From an uncultured Bacilli bacterium (GTDB taxonomy: Bacteria; Bacillota_I; Bacilli_A; RF39; UBA660), in contig CAKOJO010000002.1 in assembly GCA_934090595.1 (NCBI GenBank), positions 1 through 47,947 of the forward strand: 47,947 bases of DNA, given 5' to 3'. Within the stretch, counting starts at the first letter, position 1, and every line of letters begins with the position of its first letter. Position numbers and translations under genes: made by a program. Positions 28,695 through 38,081 of the stretch are shown here, in pieces. Below the pieces are notes generated by a model. It had not been told where the DNA came from. It searched no databases and saw only the letters and a list, made by a program, of their open reading frames with translations.

Positions 28695-30724
28695 AAAAAT
28701 ATAAATATAATATAAACAATTTAGACTGTGCAAACTGTGCCAGAGAAATAGAAGAGGCACTAAATAAAAATAAAGACTTTAAAAATGCCGTAGTAAACTT
28801 TAATACTAAAAAAATATCATATGAGTCAGAAAAAGAATATGAATTAGAAGAATTAAACGATATAATAAAAAAGATTGAACCAGATGCATTTATATCCGAA
28901 GAAGAAATAAAAATAAAAAAACAATACCATTTATCAATATTAATAATAGCTATCATAATTTTTTTATCAGGATACTTCCTACAACTACCAAAATATTTAA
29001 AAATAGCAATGTACTTAATCTCATATGCTCTATTACTTTATAGAACCACTATAAATGCTATAAAACTACTAATAAAAAGTAGAACAATAAATGAAAATGC
29101 TCTAATTACAATCTCTTCACTAGGAGCTCTTTTAATCGGCGAAGTACTCGAAGGAGCAATGGTAATAACACTATATACTATAGGAAAACTACTTGAAGAA
29201 AAAGCAATAAATAACTCAAGAAAATCAATCAAAGACCTAATTGATATAAAACAACCATATGCCAATAAAAAAGAAAATAATCAAACAATAAGTATTCCAG
29301 TAGAACAAATAAAAATAAATGATGTGCTAGTGGTCAAAAAAGGAGAAAGAATACCAGTAGACTCTATAGTAATCAAAGGAACAACCTTACTAGACACATC
29401 AGCGCTAACCGGAGAATCAGAACTAGTAGAAATAAAAGAACAAGACCAAGTTCTATCAGGAAGCATTAACCAAGGAAAAATAATAGAAATAAAAGCCCAA
29501 AAAACTTTCGAAGACTCAACTGTAGCAAAAATACTAGAACTATTAGAAAGTGCAACCGATAAAAAAACAAAAACAGAAACAACAATATCAAAAATAAGTA
29601 AAATATACACTCCAACAGTAATAGTCTTAGCATTACTAGTAGTATTCCTATTACCACTATTTCAAATACCATTCAAAGACTCAATATATCGTGGACTAAC
29701 ATTCCTAGTAATATCATGCCCATGTGCTATTGCAATATCAGTACCACTATCATACTTTACAGGAATCGGAGTATCAAGTAAAAATGGTATCTTAGTAAAA
29801 GGAAGTAATTACCTAGACAATCTATCAAATGCCAAAAATATTATATTTGATAAAACAGGAACACTAACAAACGGAACATTCGAAGTAACAGAAATAAAAG
29901 TATTAGATAAAAACTATACAAAAGAACAAATAATAGACATTCTAGTAAAAGGAGAATCTCTATCAAACCATCCAATTGCAACCTCTATAATTAAACTAAA
30001 AAAAGGAAAAATAGACAATAAAGACGTCAAAAACTTCCAAGAAATCGAAGGAAAAGGAATAACATTTGAACTTGATAATAAAAAAATAGCAATAGGAAAC
30101 AGTAAACTATGTAACTGTGAAGAAGAAGCAACACTTCATTTAAATATAGAAAATAAACATATAGCCTCAATTACAATAAACGATGGAATAAAACAAGGAG
30201 CAAAACAAACAATAGATAACTTAAAAAGACTAAATATAAAAACATACATGTTTACCGGAGATAAAAAACAAATAGCGCTAGAAATAGGTAAAAAACTAGA
30301 CATAGATGAAATTAAATATGAAATGCTTCCAACAGATAAGTTTGAAAACTATGAAAAAGTAGCAAAAGAACAAGAAATAACTATATTTGTCGGAGACGGT
30401 ATAAACGATGCTCCAGTACTAAAACGAGCAGACATTGGTATATCAATGGGTAACGTTGGAACAGATTCAGCAATCGAAGCAAGCGATATAGTCCTTATGA
30501 GAGATGACTTAGAAAAAATACCATTAGCAATAAATATATCAAAATACACAAAACACATAATAAAACAAAACTTAATATTTGCAATCACAGTAAAACTATT
30601 AATACTACTACTAAGTATATTTGGACTAGCAAACATGTGGTTCGCAGTATTCGCAGACACTGGAGTAACATTATTAACTATTATAAACACTCTAAGAATC
30701 ATTAAAAAATATCAAAAAAATTAA
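28691..30724 (+). CDS. cadA: heavy-metal P1B-type ATPase, Cd/Zn class
   Basis: HMA domain with CANC, TM6 CPC, DKTGTLT, GDGINDAP and the TM8 ADTG motif typical of Zn/Cd pumps. Confidence 0.92.
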   Translation: MKKYKYNINNLDCANCAREIEEALNKNKDFKNAVVNFNTKKISYESEKEYELEELNDIIKKIEPDAFISEEEIKIKKQYHLSILIIAIIIFLSGYFLQLPKYLKIAMYLISYALLLYRTTINAIKLLIKSRTINENALITISSLGALLIGEVLEGAMVITLYTIGKLLEEKAINNSRKSIKDLIDIKQPYANKKENNQTISIPVEQIKINDVLVVKKGERIPVDSIVIKGTTLLDTSALTGESELVEIKEQDQVLSGSINQGKIIEIKAQKTFEDSTVAKILELLESATDKKTKTETTISKISKIYTPTVIVLALLVVFLLPLFQIPFKDSIYRGLTFLVISCPCAIAISVPLSYFTGIGVSSKNGILVKGSNYLDNLSNAKNIIFDKTGTLTNGTFEVTEIKVLDKNYTKEQIIDILVKGESLSNHPIATSIIKLKKGKIDNKDVKNFQEIEGKGITFELDNKKIAIGNSKLCNCEEEATLHLNIENKHIASITINDGIKQGAKQTIDNLKRLNIKTYMFTGDKKQIALEIGKKLDIDEIKYEMLPTDKFENYEKVAKEQEITIFVGDGINDAPVLKRADIGISMGNVGTDSAIEASDIVLMRDDLEKIPLAINISKYTKHIIKQNLIFAITVKLLILLLSIFGLANMWFAVFADTGVTLLTIINTLRIIKKYQKN

Positions 30725-30809
30725 AAGTCCTATGAAAAACGTGTAAAAAAGAACAAAAAGTCCTATGAAAAACGTGTAAAAAAGAACAGAAAGTCCTATG
30801 AAAAACGTG
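30725..30809 (+). repeat. 33-bp tandem direct repeat, about 2.6 copies
   Basis: The unit AAAGTCCTATGAAAAACGTGTAAAAAAGAACA(A/G) recurs with the G of AGTCC at 30727, 30760 and 30793. It starts right after the cadA stop and ends just before a TTGTAA-17-TATTAT promoter-like element for the next gene. Confidence 0.9.
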
Positions 30810-30860
30810 AAAATTGTTGTAAAATAAGTAAAAATATGCTATTATTAATATGGTGATACA

Positions 30861-32177
30861 ATGAAAAGAAAAATTTATAATGAATTACTTAATTGGAAAA
30901 ACAATGAAATTAATAAAAAGCCATTAATGGTGTTAGGGGTAAGACAATCAGGAAAAACATACATAATAAATGAATTCTGCAAAAATGAATTTTTAAACTA
31001 CATATATGTAAACTTATTTGAACAAAAAAACATTATCGAACTATATAATACTGACTTAACATCAGATGAAAAATATAATAGGTTAAAACTATTATTAGAC
31101 TTTGATATTGATAAAGAAAACACAATTTTATTTATTGATGAAATACAAGAATCAGAACAATTAATTTCAGAATTAAAATACTTTTGTGAAAAGCATAATA
31201 ACATCAGAATAATATGCGCTGGCTCACTATTAGGAGTAAAACTTAAAAGATCAAAAAACTCATTTCCAGTAGGAAAAATAAAAATGCTTACATTATATCC
31301 AATGGATTTTGAAGAATTCTTAATAGCAATGAACCAAGAACTATTAATAGAATGTATCGAAGACTGTTATAAAAACAATAAACAGATATCTGAACCAGTC
31401 CATCAAAAAGCATTAGAACTATACAGACTATATCTAGTAACCGGAGGAATGCCTGAAAGTATAAAAAATATGCAAGAGGTTAATAAAGACTATATAAAAT
31501 ACGATAAAAGCATCTTAAAAGATATATTAACTTCATATTTCAATGATATGAACAAATATGTTTCAAATGAATCAGAAGCCCTAAGAATTAATAGACTATA
31601 CAATTCATTACCATCTCAACTTTCAAATAATTCTATGAAGTTTCAATATTCAGCAATTTCATCTGATGCAAGAGCAAGAGAATATCAAACACCACTAGAC
31701 TGGTTAGAAGCATCAAATATGGTCTTAAGATGTAAATGCGTAAAAACACCTCAAATCCCACTCGAAGGATTTGTAGATGAAGAAACATTTAAACTATATT
31801 TAAGTGATGTAGGTATTCTAAATAATATATTAAAAATAAATATACAAGACATATTATCAGACAATATATCCTTATATAAAGGAATAATCGCAGAAAACTA
31901 TGTTGCAAACCAATTAGTGTGCAATGGACATGACCTATATTATTGGAAAAATAATAACACTTCAGAAATTGACTTCTTACTATATACAAAAGATGGAGTT
32001 ATTCCAGTCGAAGTAAAAGCAAACAATAACACTCAATCAAAAAGTTTAAAGATATATAATGAAAAATATAAACCAGTTTATTCAATAAGAATAAGTACTA
32101 AGGAATTTGGATACAATCCTACAACAAAAATAAAATCTGTTCCATTATACGCAACATTCGTGATAAAAAATGATTAA
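30861..32177 (+). CDS. AAA_14/DUF4143-type ATPase, function uncharacterised
   Basis: Walker A GVRQSGKT, Walker B ILFIDEIQ, and C-terminal DUF4143-like region (EIDFLLY...IPVEVK). Confidence 0.85.
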   Translation: MKRKIYNELLNWKNNEINKKPLMVLGVRQSGKTYIINEFCKNEFLNYIYVNLFEQKNIIELYNTDLTSDEKYNRLKLLLDFDIDKENTILFIDEIQESEQLISELKYFCEKHNNIRIICAGSLLGVKLKRSKNSFPVGKIKMLTLYPMDFEEFLIAMNQELLIECIEDCYKNNKQISEPVHQKALELYRLYLVTGGMPESIKNMQEVNKDYIKYDKSILKDILTSYFNDMNKYVSNESEALRINRLYNSLPSQLSNNSMKFQYSAISSDARAREYQTPLDWLEASNMVLRCKCVKTPQIPLEGFVDEETFKLYLSDVGILNNILKINIQDILSDNISLYKGIIAENYVANQLVCNGHDLYYWKNNNTSEIDFLLYTKDGVIPVEVKANNNTQSKSLKIYNEKYKPVYSIRISTKEFGYNPTTKIKSVPLYATFVIKND

Positions 32178-32191
32178 GTAAGACAAAAATA

Positions 32192-32260
32192 CAAAGTTTA
32201 CAATAAAATGACAAGTATAAATGTCAATAATTGTAAACTTTTGTCATATATGGTAAAATA
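32192..32260 (+). promoter_or_regulatory. nested inverted repeat overlapping the putative promoter of the HEPN gene
   Basis: ACAAAGTTTACAAT (32192-32205) pairs with ATTGTAAACTTTTGT (32231-32245, one bulge). Inner repeat TGACA...TGTCA. TTGTAA (32232-32237), 17 nt, TAAAAT (32255-32260), then RBS AGAGGTGA. Confidence 0.5.
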
Positions 32261-32277
32261 TAAAAGAGGTGAGATAA

Positions 32278-33960
32278 ATGCCAGATATAGACTTTATTGC
32301 AAACTACTATCTAGGAACTAAAGCATACACAATATTTATGCTTAAAACTCTATACGATGTGGACGAAAAAAACTACATAGAAAATCAAGACTATCAATTA
32401 GCGGCACAAGTAGGATTCATTGCCAATATCATGCTATCAATAAAAGAAGAATTAGTAGAAAACACCGGAAACCTAATATATGAATCAAAACTATATGAAA
32501 AAAGATTAGAAGAAACAGTAGAAAACATATCAACAAAAACAAATGATGGTTACGAAATAGATAACTATACATTTAAAGATGCCCCAACATTAGTAGCGAT
32601 CCTAAGAAACAAATTAGGTCATGGAGACTTTACAATAGATTACAAAACAGGCAAAGTTGTTTTACACGTTGAAGGTCAAGAAGTGTCAATAAGTGTCGAT
32701 AAACTGACAACATTTATGATCAATGCAAACTATAACTTCTTTATGGATACTAAAACAAATGAGTATAAAAGAAACTTTATAATGTTTACAAAACTAGAAA
32801 AAAATAGAACAAAACTAATCACCACTGAAGAAGAAGTAGCAAGCATAATAAGACAATGTGAAAACATAGAGTTCTCTCTTAAAAGACAAGACGGTAAAGA
32901 ATTAGAACCCTATGAAATAAACTCTTTCAATGAAATAGTGGAAATCATAAAGAAAAGAGAATGTGACTTTGAACTAATAAAATATTACAAAGAACTATTA
33001 AAAAATAAAAATTACATAATGAAAGTAGAATACACTAAATTAAATAAATATAAAGACATAAATGAACTACTTCCACTAATTAAAAACTCAATACTATCTC
33101 AAACAGAGTATGACTACAAAAACCAAGTGCTAGCAATAGTAAAAGAAACCCAAAGAAAAGTTGATGAAAACTATAACATAACAGATGTAAGAATGGCAAA
33201 TATTAACAACCTAATAATGCTAAGAACCATGAAAAACATAAGAAGTACTGATATAAACGCTCTAAAAAGAAACATAGCAAATAATTATAAATACCCAATG
33301 TATTTTAACTATGATAACTTAGCAACCGCAGTAATAAGTAACTTTAATAGCCTTTTTTCAGTCCCATACGATAAACTATACAAAAAAACACTCGAAGAAC
33401 AAGGACTAGACTTTTCTAAACTAAACTTAAATGCTTTAAACATCATCCATTTAGAAGTCGAAGAGGATAGACTAAAACCTAAAAAAGACAAAGAAACATC
33501 ATTAGAAAAAGAAGTAACAAAAATAGAAGACTCACTCGAAGAAATAAAAAACAACTTAGCTAAAGTGCCAAAGGCAAACACAAAAGCAATCACAGCAATA
33601 AATAACAATATAACAAATAAAAATAATTATCTAAATCAAAAGAAACAAGAATTACAAAGTCTAAAACAAGAACTGAAAAAACTACAAAACTATTATCAAG
33701 ACGATGAACTATATATGAAAAATAGAACTATAATCGCTGGTATAAGAAACTCAATAGCGCACGGTACCTATGAAATAGTTCCGGGACCAACTATCGAAGA
33801 TGCAAAACTTATATTTACAAATATCTATGAAGGAAAACTTGTTTTAAAAGTAGAAATAACAGTAATAAGATTCCTAGAAATGATGGATAACAATTTATTA
33901 ACAATACAACAATATCTAAATGATGAAGAAACTAAACAAACTAATCAAAAGGTGATATAA
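32278..33960 (+). CDS. orphan protein with two HEPN RNase motifs (RNxxxH twice) and a central coiled-coil-like region
   Basis: LRNKLGHG (R110-H115, nt 32605-32622) and IRNSIAHG (R490-H495, nt 33745-33762). Helical-looking sequence with a K/E/N/Q-rich stretch at aa ~395-475. Strong RBS. The stop abuts the next ATG (TAAATG). Confidence 0.7.
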   Translation: MPDIDFIANYYLGTKAYTIFMLKTLYDVDEKNYIENQDYQLAAQVGFIANIMLSIKEELVENTGNLIYESKLYEKRLEETVENISTKTNDGYEIDNYTFKDAPTLVAILRNKLGHGDFTIDYKTGKVVLHVEGQEVSISVDKLTTFMINANYNFFMDTKTNEYKRNFIMFTKLEKNRTKLITTEEEVASIIRQCENIEFSLKRQDGKELEPYEINSFNEIVEIIKKRECDFELIKYYKELLKNKNYIMKVEYTKLNKYKDINELLPLIKNSILSQTEYDYKNQVLAIVKETQRKVDENYNITDVRMANINNLIMLRTMKNIRSTDINALKRNIANNYKYPMYFNYDNLATAVISNFNSLFSVPYDKLYKKTLEEQGLDFSKLNLNALNIIHLEVEEDRLKPKKDKETSLEKEVTKIEDSLEEIKNNLAKVPKANTKAITAINNNITNKNNYLNQKKQELQSLKQELKKLQNYYQDDELYMKNRTIIAGIRNSIAHGTYEIVPGPTIEDAKLIFTNIYEGKLVLKVEITVIRFLEMMDNNLLTIQQYLNDEETKQTNQKVI

Positions 33961-36216
33961 ATGAAAAAAGTAGAACTACTTTCCCCCGCAGGAAATAAAG
34001 AAACATTATACTATGCGGTCCATGGTGGATGCGATGCTGTATATGTATCAACAACATCATATACTGCTAGAAAATATGCACAAAACTTCACACTTGAAGA
34101 ACTAAAAGAAGCAGTAAAATATTGCCATCTATATGGAGTAAAACTATATGTTACAGTAAACACAATCATCTATGAACAGGAAGTAAAAGACTTTATTAAA
34201 TACATAAAATATCTATACGAAAGTAACGTAGATGCTCTAATAATGCAAGACTTAGGAATGATAAAACTAGTAAATGAACTATTCCCAGACTTTGAAATCC
34301 ATGCATCAACTCAGTTTCATACTCACAACGAAGAACAAGTAAAATTATTAGAAAGTCTAAACGTAAAAAGAGTAGTACTAGCAAGAGAACTATCACTACA
34401 AGAAATAAATAATATTAAAACCCCATTAGAAAAAGAAATCTTCATTCATGGAGCACTATGTGTATCATACTCAGGACAATGTTACTTCTCATCCAAATTT
34501 CTACAAAGAAGTGGAAACCGTGGAGAATGTGCAGGTATGTGTAGACTACCATACGAACTATATGAAAAAAATAATAAAATAAAAACAGATGGACAATTTC
34601 TTCTAAGTCCTAAAGAACTATGCACAATAGAAAGCCTAAAAGACATTCTAGATAGTAACATAGCATCACTTAAAATCGAAGGAAGAATGAAAAAAGAAGA
34701 ATACACATACTACGTAACCAAAATATATAAAAAACTAATAGAAAAATACTATAACCATGAAGACATGACTCTTGAAGAATCAGATTTAAAAACATTAGAA
34801 CTTCTATACAATAGAAATTTTACTAAAGGATACTTAAACAATAATAAAAATAACGAATTTATAAACATAAAATCTCCTAAACATCAAGGAATAGTATTAG
34901 GCAAAGTATTAGAAACAACAAAAGATAAAATAAAAATAAAACTACAAGAAGAACTAAATCAAAATGATGGAATAAGATTCAGCAATAACGAAGGAATGAT
35001 TGCCAACTTTATATACAATGAAAAAGATATGTTGATAAATCATGCTAATAAAAATCAAGTCATATACCTAGACAATAAAGTAAAACTAAAAGAAAAAGGT
35101 ATAGTGTTAAAAACTCAAGACGATAAACTAATAAAAGATTTAAAAAACATCAAAGAAAAAAAGATAGATATAAACTATAAAGTAATAGCAAAAATAAATA
35201 AACCATTACAAGTAACAATAACAGATGGTACAAACACTATAACAAAAACAACATCAACAGTAGAACAATCTAAAAACACCCCAACCTTAACACAAGACTT
35301 ATCAGAAAAATTATCTAAGATTGGTGGAACACCATTCCAAGTTAAAGAAATAGAATATGATGTTGATAAAGATATCTTCATACCTTTAAAATATATAAAT
35401 GAAATAAGAAGATATCTAACCGATGAATTAATAAAAGAAAGAACTAAATCAAAAAGAAAAGAAAAAATACATCAAGAAAAACTAACTATAAAAGAAATAG
35501 AAAACACAAATAGTATAAGTTTTCTAGTAAGAAATGAAGCTCAATTAAAAACGTTATTAACAGAAAATGTTAATATCTATATTGAAGATGAAGCTTTGTA
35601 TAATAAATATAGAAAAGAAAATAAAAATATATATTTGAAAACACCAAGAGTAAATCCAAATCCTAAAAAATATCAAAATGAAAATATTCTAGCATCAGAA
35701 ACAGGAACAATTTATCAAAATAAAGAAAATAATAATATAGTAAGTGACATATACTTAAATGTTGTAAACAGTAAAACTATAAATACTTTAGAAAACTTAA
35801 ATGTTAAAAGAGTAGGACTATCAGTGGAACTAAATGAAAATGATTTAAATTACTTATTAAAAGGATATAAAGAAAAATACAAAAGAAACCCTAATTTAGA
35901 AATACTAGTATATGGAAAACTAGAACTAATGATCATGAAATATTGCCCATTAAATGCACTAATTAATGACGGTAAAAAACCATGTAATTTGTGCAAAAGT
36001 TCTAATGAATATAGTCTAAAAGATAGAAATGGTAAAAAACTAAGATTAATAAATAATAATTGCATTACTAAATTAATGGATTATCAAGAAGTAAATTACA
36101 TTGATAAGGTTCCAAAATTAAAAGAATTAGGAATAACAAACTTTAGAGTAGATTTACTAGATGAAGAACCAAATGAAGTAAAACAAATCTTAACAAGTAT
36201 AATAAAATTATTCTAA
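33961..36216 (+). CDS. U32-family peptidase (long form)
   Basis: ELLSPAGN, DAVYV, EIHASTQ and CxxxC-type cysteines (GECAGMCR) typical of U32. 751 aa. Confidence 0.88.
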   Translation: MKKVELLSPAGNKETLYYAVHGGCDAVYVSTTSYTARKYAQNFTLEELKEAVKYCHLYGVKLYVTVNTIIYEQEVKDFIKYIKYLYESNVDALIMQDLGMIKLVNELFPDFEIHASTQFHTHNEEQVKLLESLNVKRVVLARELSLQEINNIKTPLEKEIFIHGALCVSYSGQCYFSSKFLQRSGNRGECAGMCRLPYELYEKNNKIKTDGQFLLSPKELCTIESLKDILDSNIASLKIEGRMKKEEYTYYVTKIYKKLIEKYYNHEDMTLEESDLKTLELLYNRNFTKGYLNNNKNNEFINIKSPKHQGIVLGKVLETTKDKIKIKLQEELNQNDGIRFSNNEGMIANFIYNEKDMLINHANKNQVIYLDNKVKLKEKGIVLKTQDDKLIKDLKNIKEKKIDINYKVIAKINKPLQVTITDGTNTITKTTSTVEQSKNTPTLTQDLSEKLSKIGGTPFQVKEIEYDVDKDIFIPLKYINEIRRYLTDELIKERTKSKRKEKIHQEKLTIKEIENTNSISFLVRNEAQLKTLLTENVNIYIEDEALYNKYRKENKNIYLKTPRVNPNPKKYQNENILASETGTIYQNKENNNIVSDIYLNVVNSKTINTLENLNVKRVGLSVELNENDLNYLLKGYKEKYKRNPNLEILVYGKLELMIMKYCPLNALINDGKKPCNLCKSSNEYSLKDRNGKKLRLINNNCITKLMDYQEVNYIDKVPKLKELGITNFRVDLLDEEPNEVKQILTSIIKLF

Positions 36217-36424
36217 AATAAAAAAATAATGCATCCAAAGAAACCATTATTTTGGAAAGATAAAAGCCTTGAAAGAACAAGCTCAAAATATTATAATATA
36301 AGAGGAAGATATTTTAAAGAAAGAAAAATAATTTTTGTTATATATAAATCAAATATGAATTATTGAATAAAAATGTGAAAATAGTAAGATTGATTTTTCT
36401 AATAATTTTTGATATAATTATCAT

Positions 36425-36518
36425 GACAAATTGAACAGAAATGTTTTATATGTTGTCATTTGGTCGGAGACGACTTATATTTATTAGAGATAGTCAATTG
36501 ACTATCTCTTTATTTTTT
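36425..36518 (+). ncRNA. candidate small RNA (orphan promoter-to-terminator unit)
   Basis: TTGATT (36390-36395), 17 nt, TATAAT (36413-36418). 5' hairpin ATGACAA/TTGTCAT. Perfect terminator AGAGATAGTCAATTGACTATCTCT (36486-36509) plus TTTATTTTTT. No RBS-preceded ORF. Confidence 0.45.
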
Positions 36519-36644
36519 AAAAATGTATTAAGTAAACAATATACTTGTACAATGAATAAAAATATCTACCACAAAATACTTTACATGTAATTTAAATTTA
36601 CATACATAAAGTAATTTTTCAATAAAATTAAGGAGGATGATAAA

Positions 36645-37391
36645 ATGAAATTGGAAAATAAGGTTGCAATAATAACAGGTAGTACAAAAGGAATAGGGTA
36701 TGCAATAGCAGATCTATATTTAAAAGAAGGAGCTAAAGTAGTAGTAACAGGATTAAAAGATGAAGTACCACAAGCACTAAAATCATTAGAAGAATCTCAC
36801 GACAGTGAAAATATTCTAGGATTAGAACTAGATGTAACAAGTACAGAAAGTATTAAAAATGTAGTTGAAAAGACTATAGAAAAGTTTGGCAAAATAGATA
36901 TTTTAATAAATAATGCAGGAATAACTGCAGCAAAACCATTAATACAAACAACTGATGAAGAAATGGAAAGAATGTTTCAAATCAATACCTTCGGAGTATT
37001 CAAGTTCATAAGAGAAGTAGCGCCATACATGATAGAACAAAAATCAGGTTCAATAATTAATACTAGTTCAATGGTAGCAAACTACGGTGGTATAATGCAA
37101 ACTCCATATGCATCATCAAAGTTCGCAGTAAATGGTATAACAAAATCATGTGCAAAAGAACTTGGAAGACACAATATTAGAGTAAATGCTGTAGCACCAG
37201 GAGCAGTAATGACAGATATGACTAAAGACTCCACTGATGAAAAAACAAGAGGTATGCTATCACAACTTACACCATTAGGAAGAATAGCAAATCCATCTGA
37301 ATTAGCGGGAGCATATCTATATTTAGGAAGTGATGATTCAACATTTACCAACGGAACAATCATTCAAGTTGACGGAGGAATTGTAATTTAA
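36645..37391 (+). CDS. SDR-family oxidoreductase
   Basis: TGSTKGIG, NNAG, YASSK catalytic motif. RBS AAGGAGG. Confidence 0.88.
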   Translation: MKLENKVAIITGSTKGIGYAIADLYLKEGAKVVVTGLKDEVPQALKSLEESHDSENILGLELDVTSTESIKNVVEKTIEKFGKIDILINNAGITAAKPLIQTTDEEMERMFQINTFGVFKFIREVAPYMIEQKSGSIINTSSMVANYGGIMQTPYASSKFAVNGITKSCAKELGRHNIRVNAVAPGAVMTDMTKDSTDEKTRGMLSQLTPLGRIANPSELAGAYLYLGSDDSTFTNGTIIQVDGGIVI

Positions 37392-37448
37392 GTAAAAAAA
37401 CTTTATTAAATAAAGATATCGTGGTATACTTATAATAGAGGTGTGCCT

Positions 37449-38030
37449 ATGATAAGATACAATGAACCAGTTGAAGAAACTAATTACAAAAAAGAGCAGA
37501 AATTTTATAATCTAGAAAAGTACGATTTATTAAACAAACTATCTAATTTTGAAGCAAACAATAAGTACATGAAAATAACATTAAAAGATAGCTTTCCATA
37601 TCAATTAATAGTGTCTAGTAATACGAATGGAGTAGAAAATAGCCTAGTAATAGTCTATGATCAACCTCAAATATTTGAAATGGAAATAATACCTGAAATA
37701 ATTGTTAGATATAGTATGTGTACTAGTATAAAAAGTAGTTATTTTGAAGAACAAAACTATTTAGCAATTATGGAAAATGATACTATTCTAGAACTAAAAG
37801 ACTTTGATGAAAAAATAATCAATAAATTAGTAGGACACATAGAAAAAATTCAAGAAATTACAGGTTATGGTGATGATTTCTCATCTAAACTACAAGTAGA
37901 AGAAGAAAAAGAAAACCTAAGATTTATCAAGAGTAAAACAGGTTCAAGTAATATGATTTTAATAACCTTAATACTAGTAGCACTTCTTTCACTTGCGACA
38001 ATAATTATAATTTTGTTAAAAAATGCTTGA
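37449..38030 (+). CDS. tail-anchored membrane protein, unknown function
   Basis: 193 aa with a single C-terminal TM (MILITLILVALLSLATIIIILL). ATG 37449 lies 7 nt after AGAGG. Confidence 0.6.
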   Translation: MIRYNEPVEETNYKKEQKFYNLEKYDLLNKLSNFEANNKYMKITLKDSFPYQLIVSSNTNGVENSLVIVYDQPQIFEMEIIPEIIVRYSMCTSIKSSYFEEQNYLAIMENDTILELKDFDEKIINKLVGHIEKIQEITGYGDDFSSKLQVEEEKENLRFIKSKTGSSNMILITLILVALLSLATIIIILLKNA

Positions 38031-38055
38031 AAATAATTAAAATATATCATATAAT
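38027..38055 (+). promoter_or_regulatory. sigma-A promoter of tRNA-Ser
   Basis: TTGAAA (38027-38032), 17 nt, TATAAT (38050-38055). Confidence 0.6.
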
Positions 38056-38081
38056 AAATATGCACTTGAAAAAGTGTCCTT

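Noticed and set aside
30725-30809. Considered whether the 33-bp repeats form a CRISPR array serving the double-HEPN protein.
   Set aside because: The copies are directly tandem with no unique spacers, there are only ~2.6 units, and no cas1/cas2 genes are present. This is not a CRISPR array.
32278-33960. Considered calling the double-HEPN protein a bona fide Cas13.
   Set aside because: At 560 aa it is much smaller than canonical Cas13 proteins, no array or cas genes lie within 15 kb on either side, and only the short catalytic motifs can be recognised by eye. It is reported as Cas13-like in layout only.
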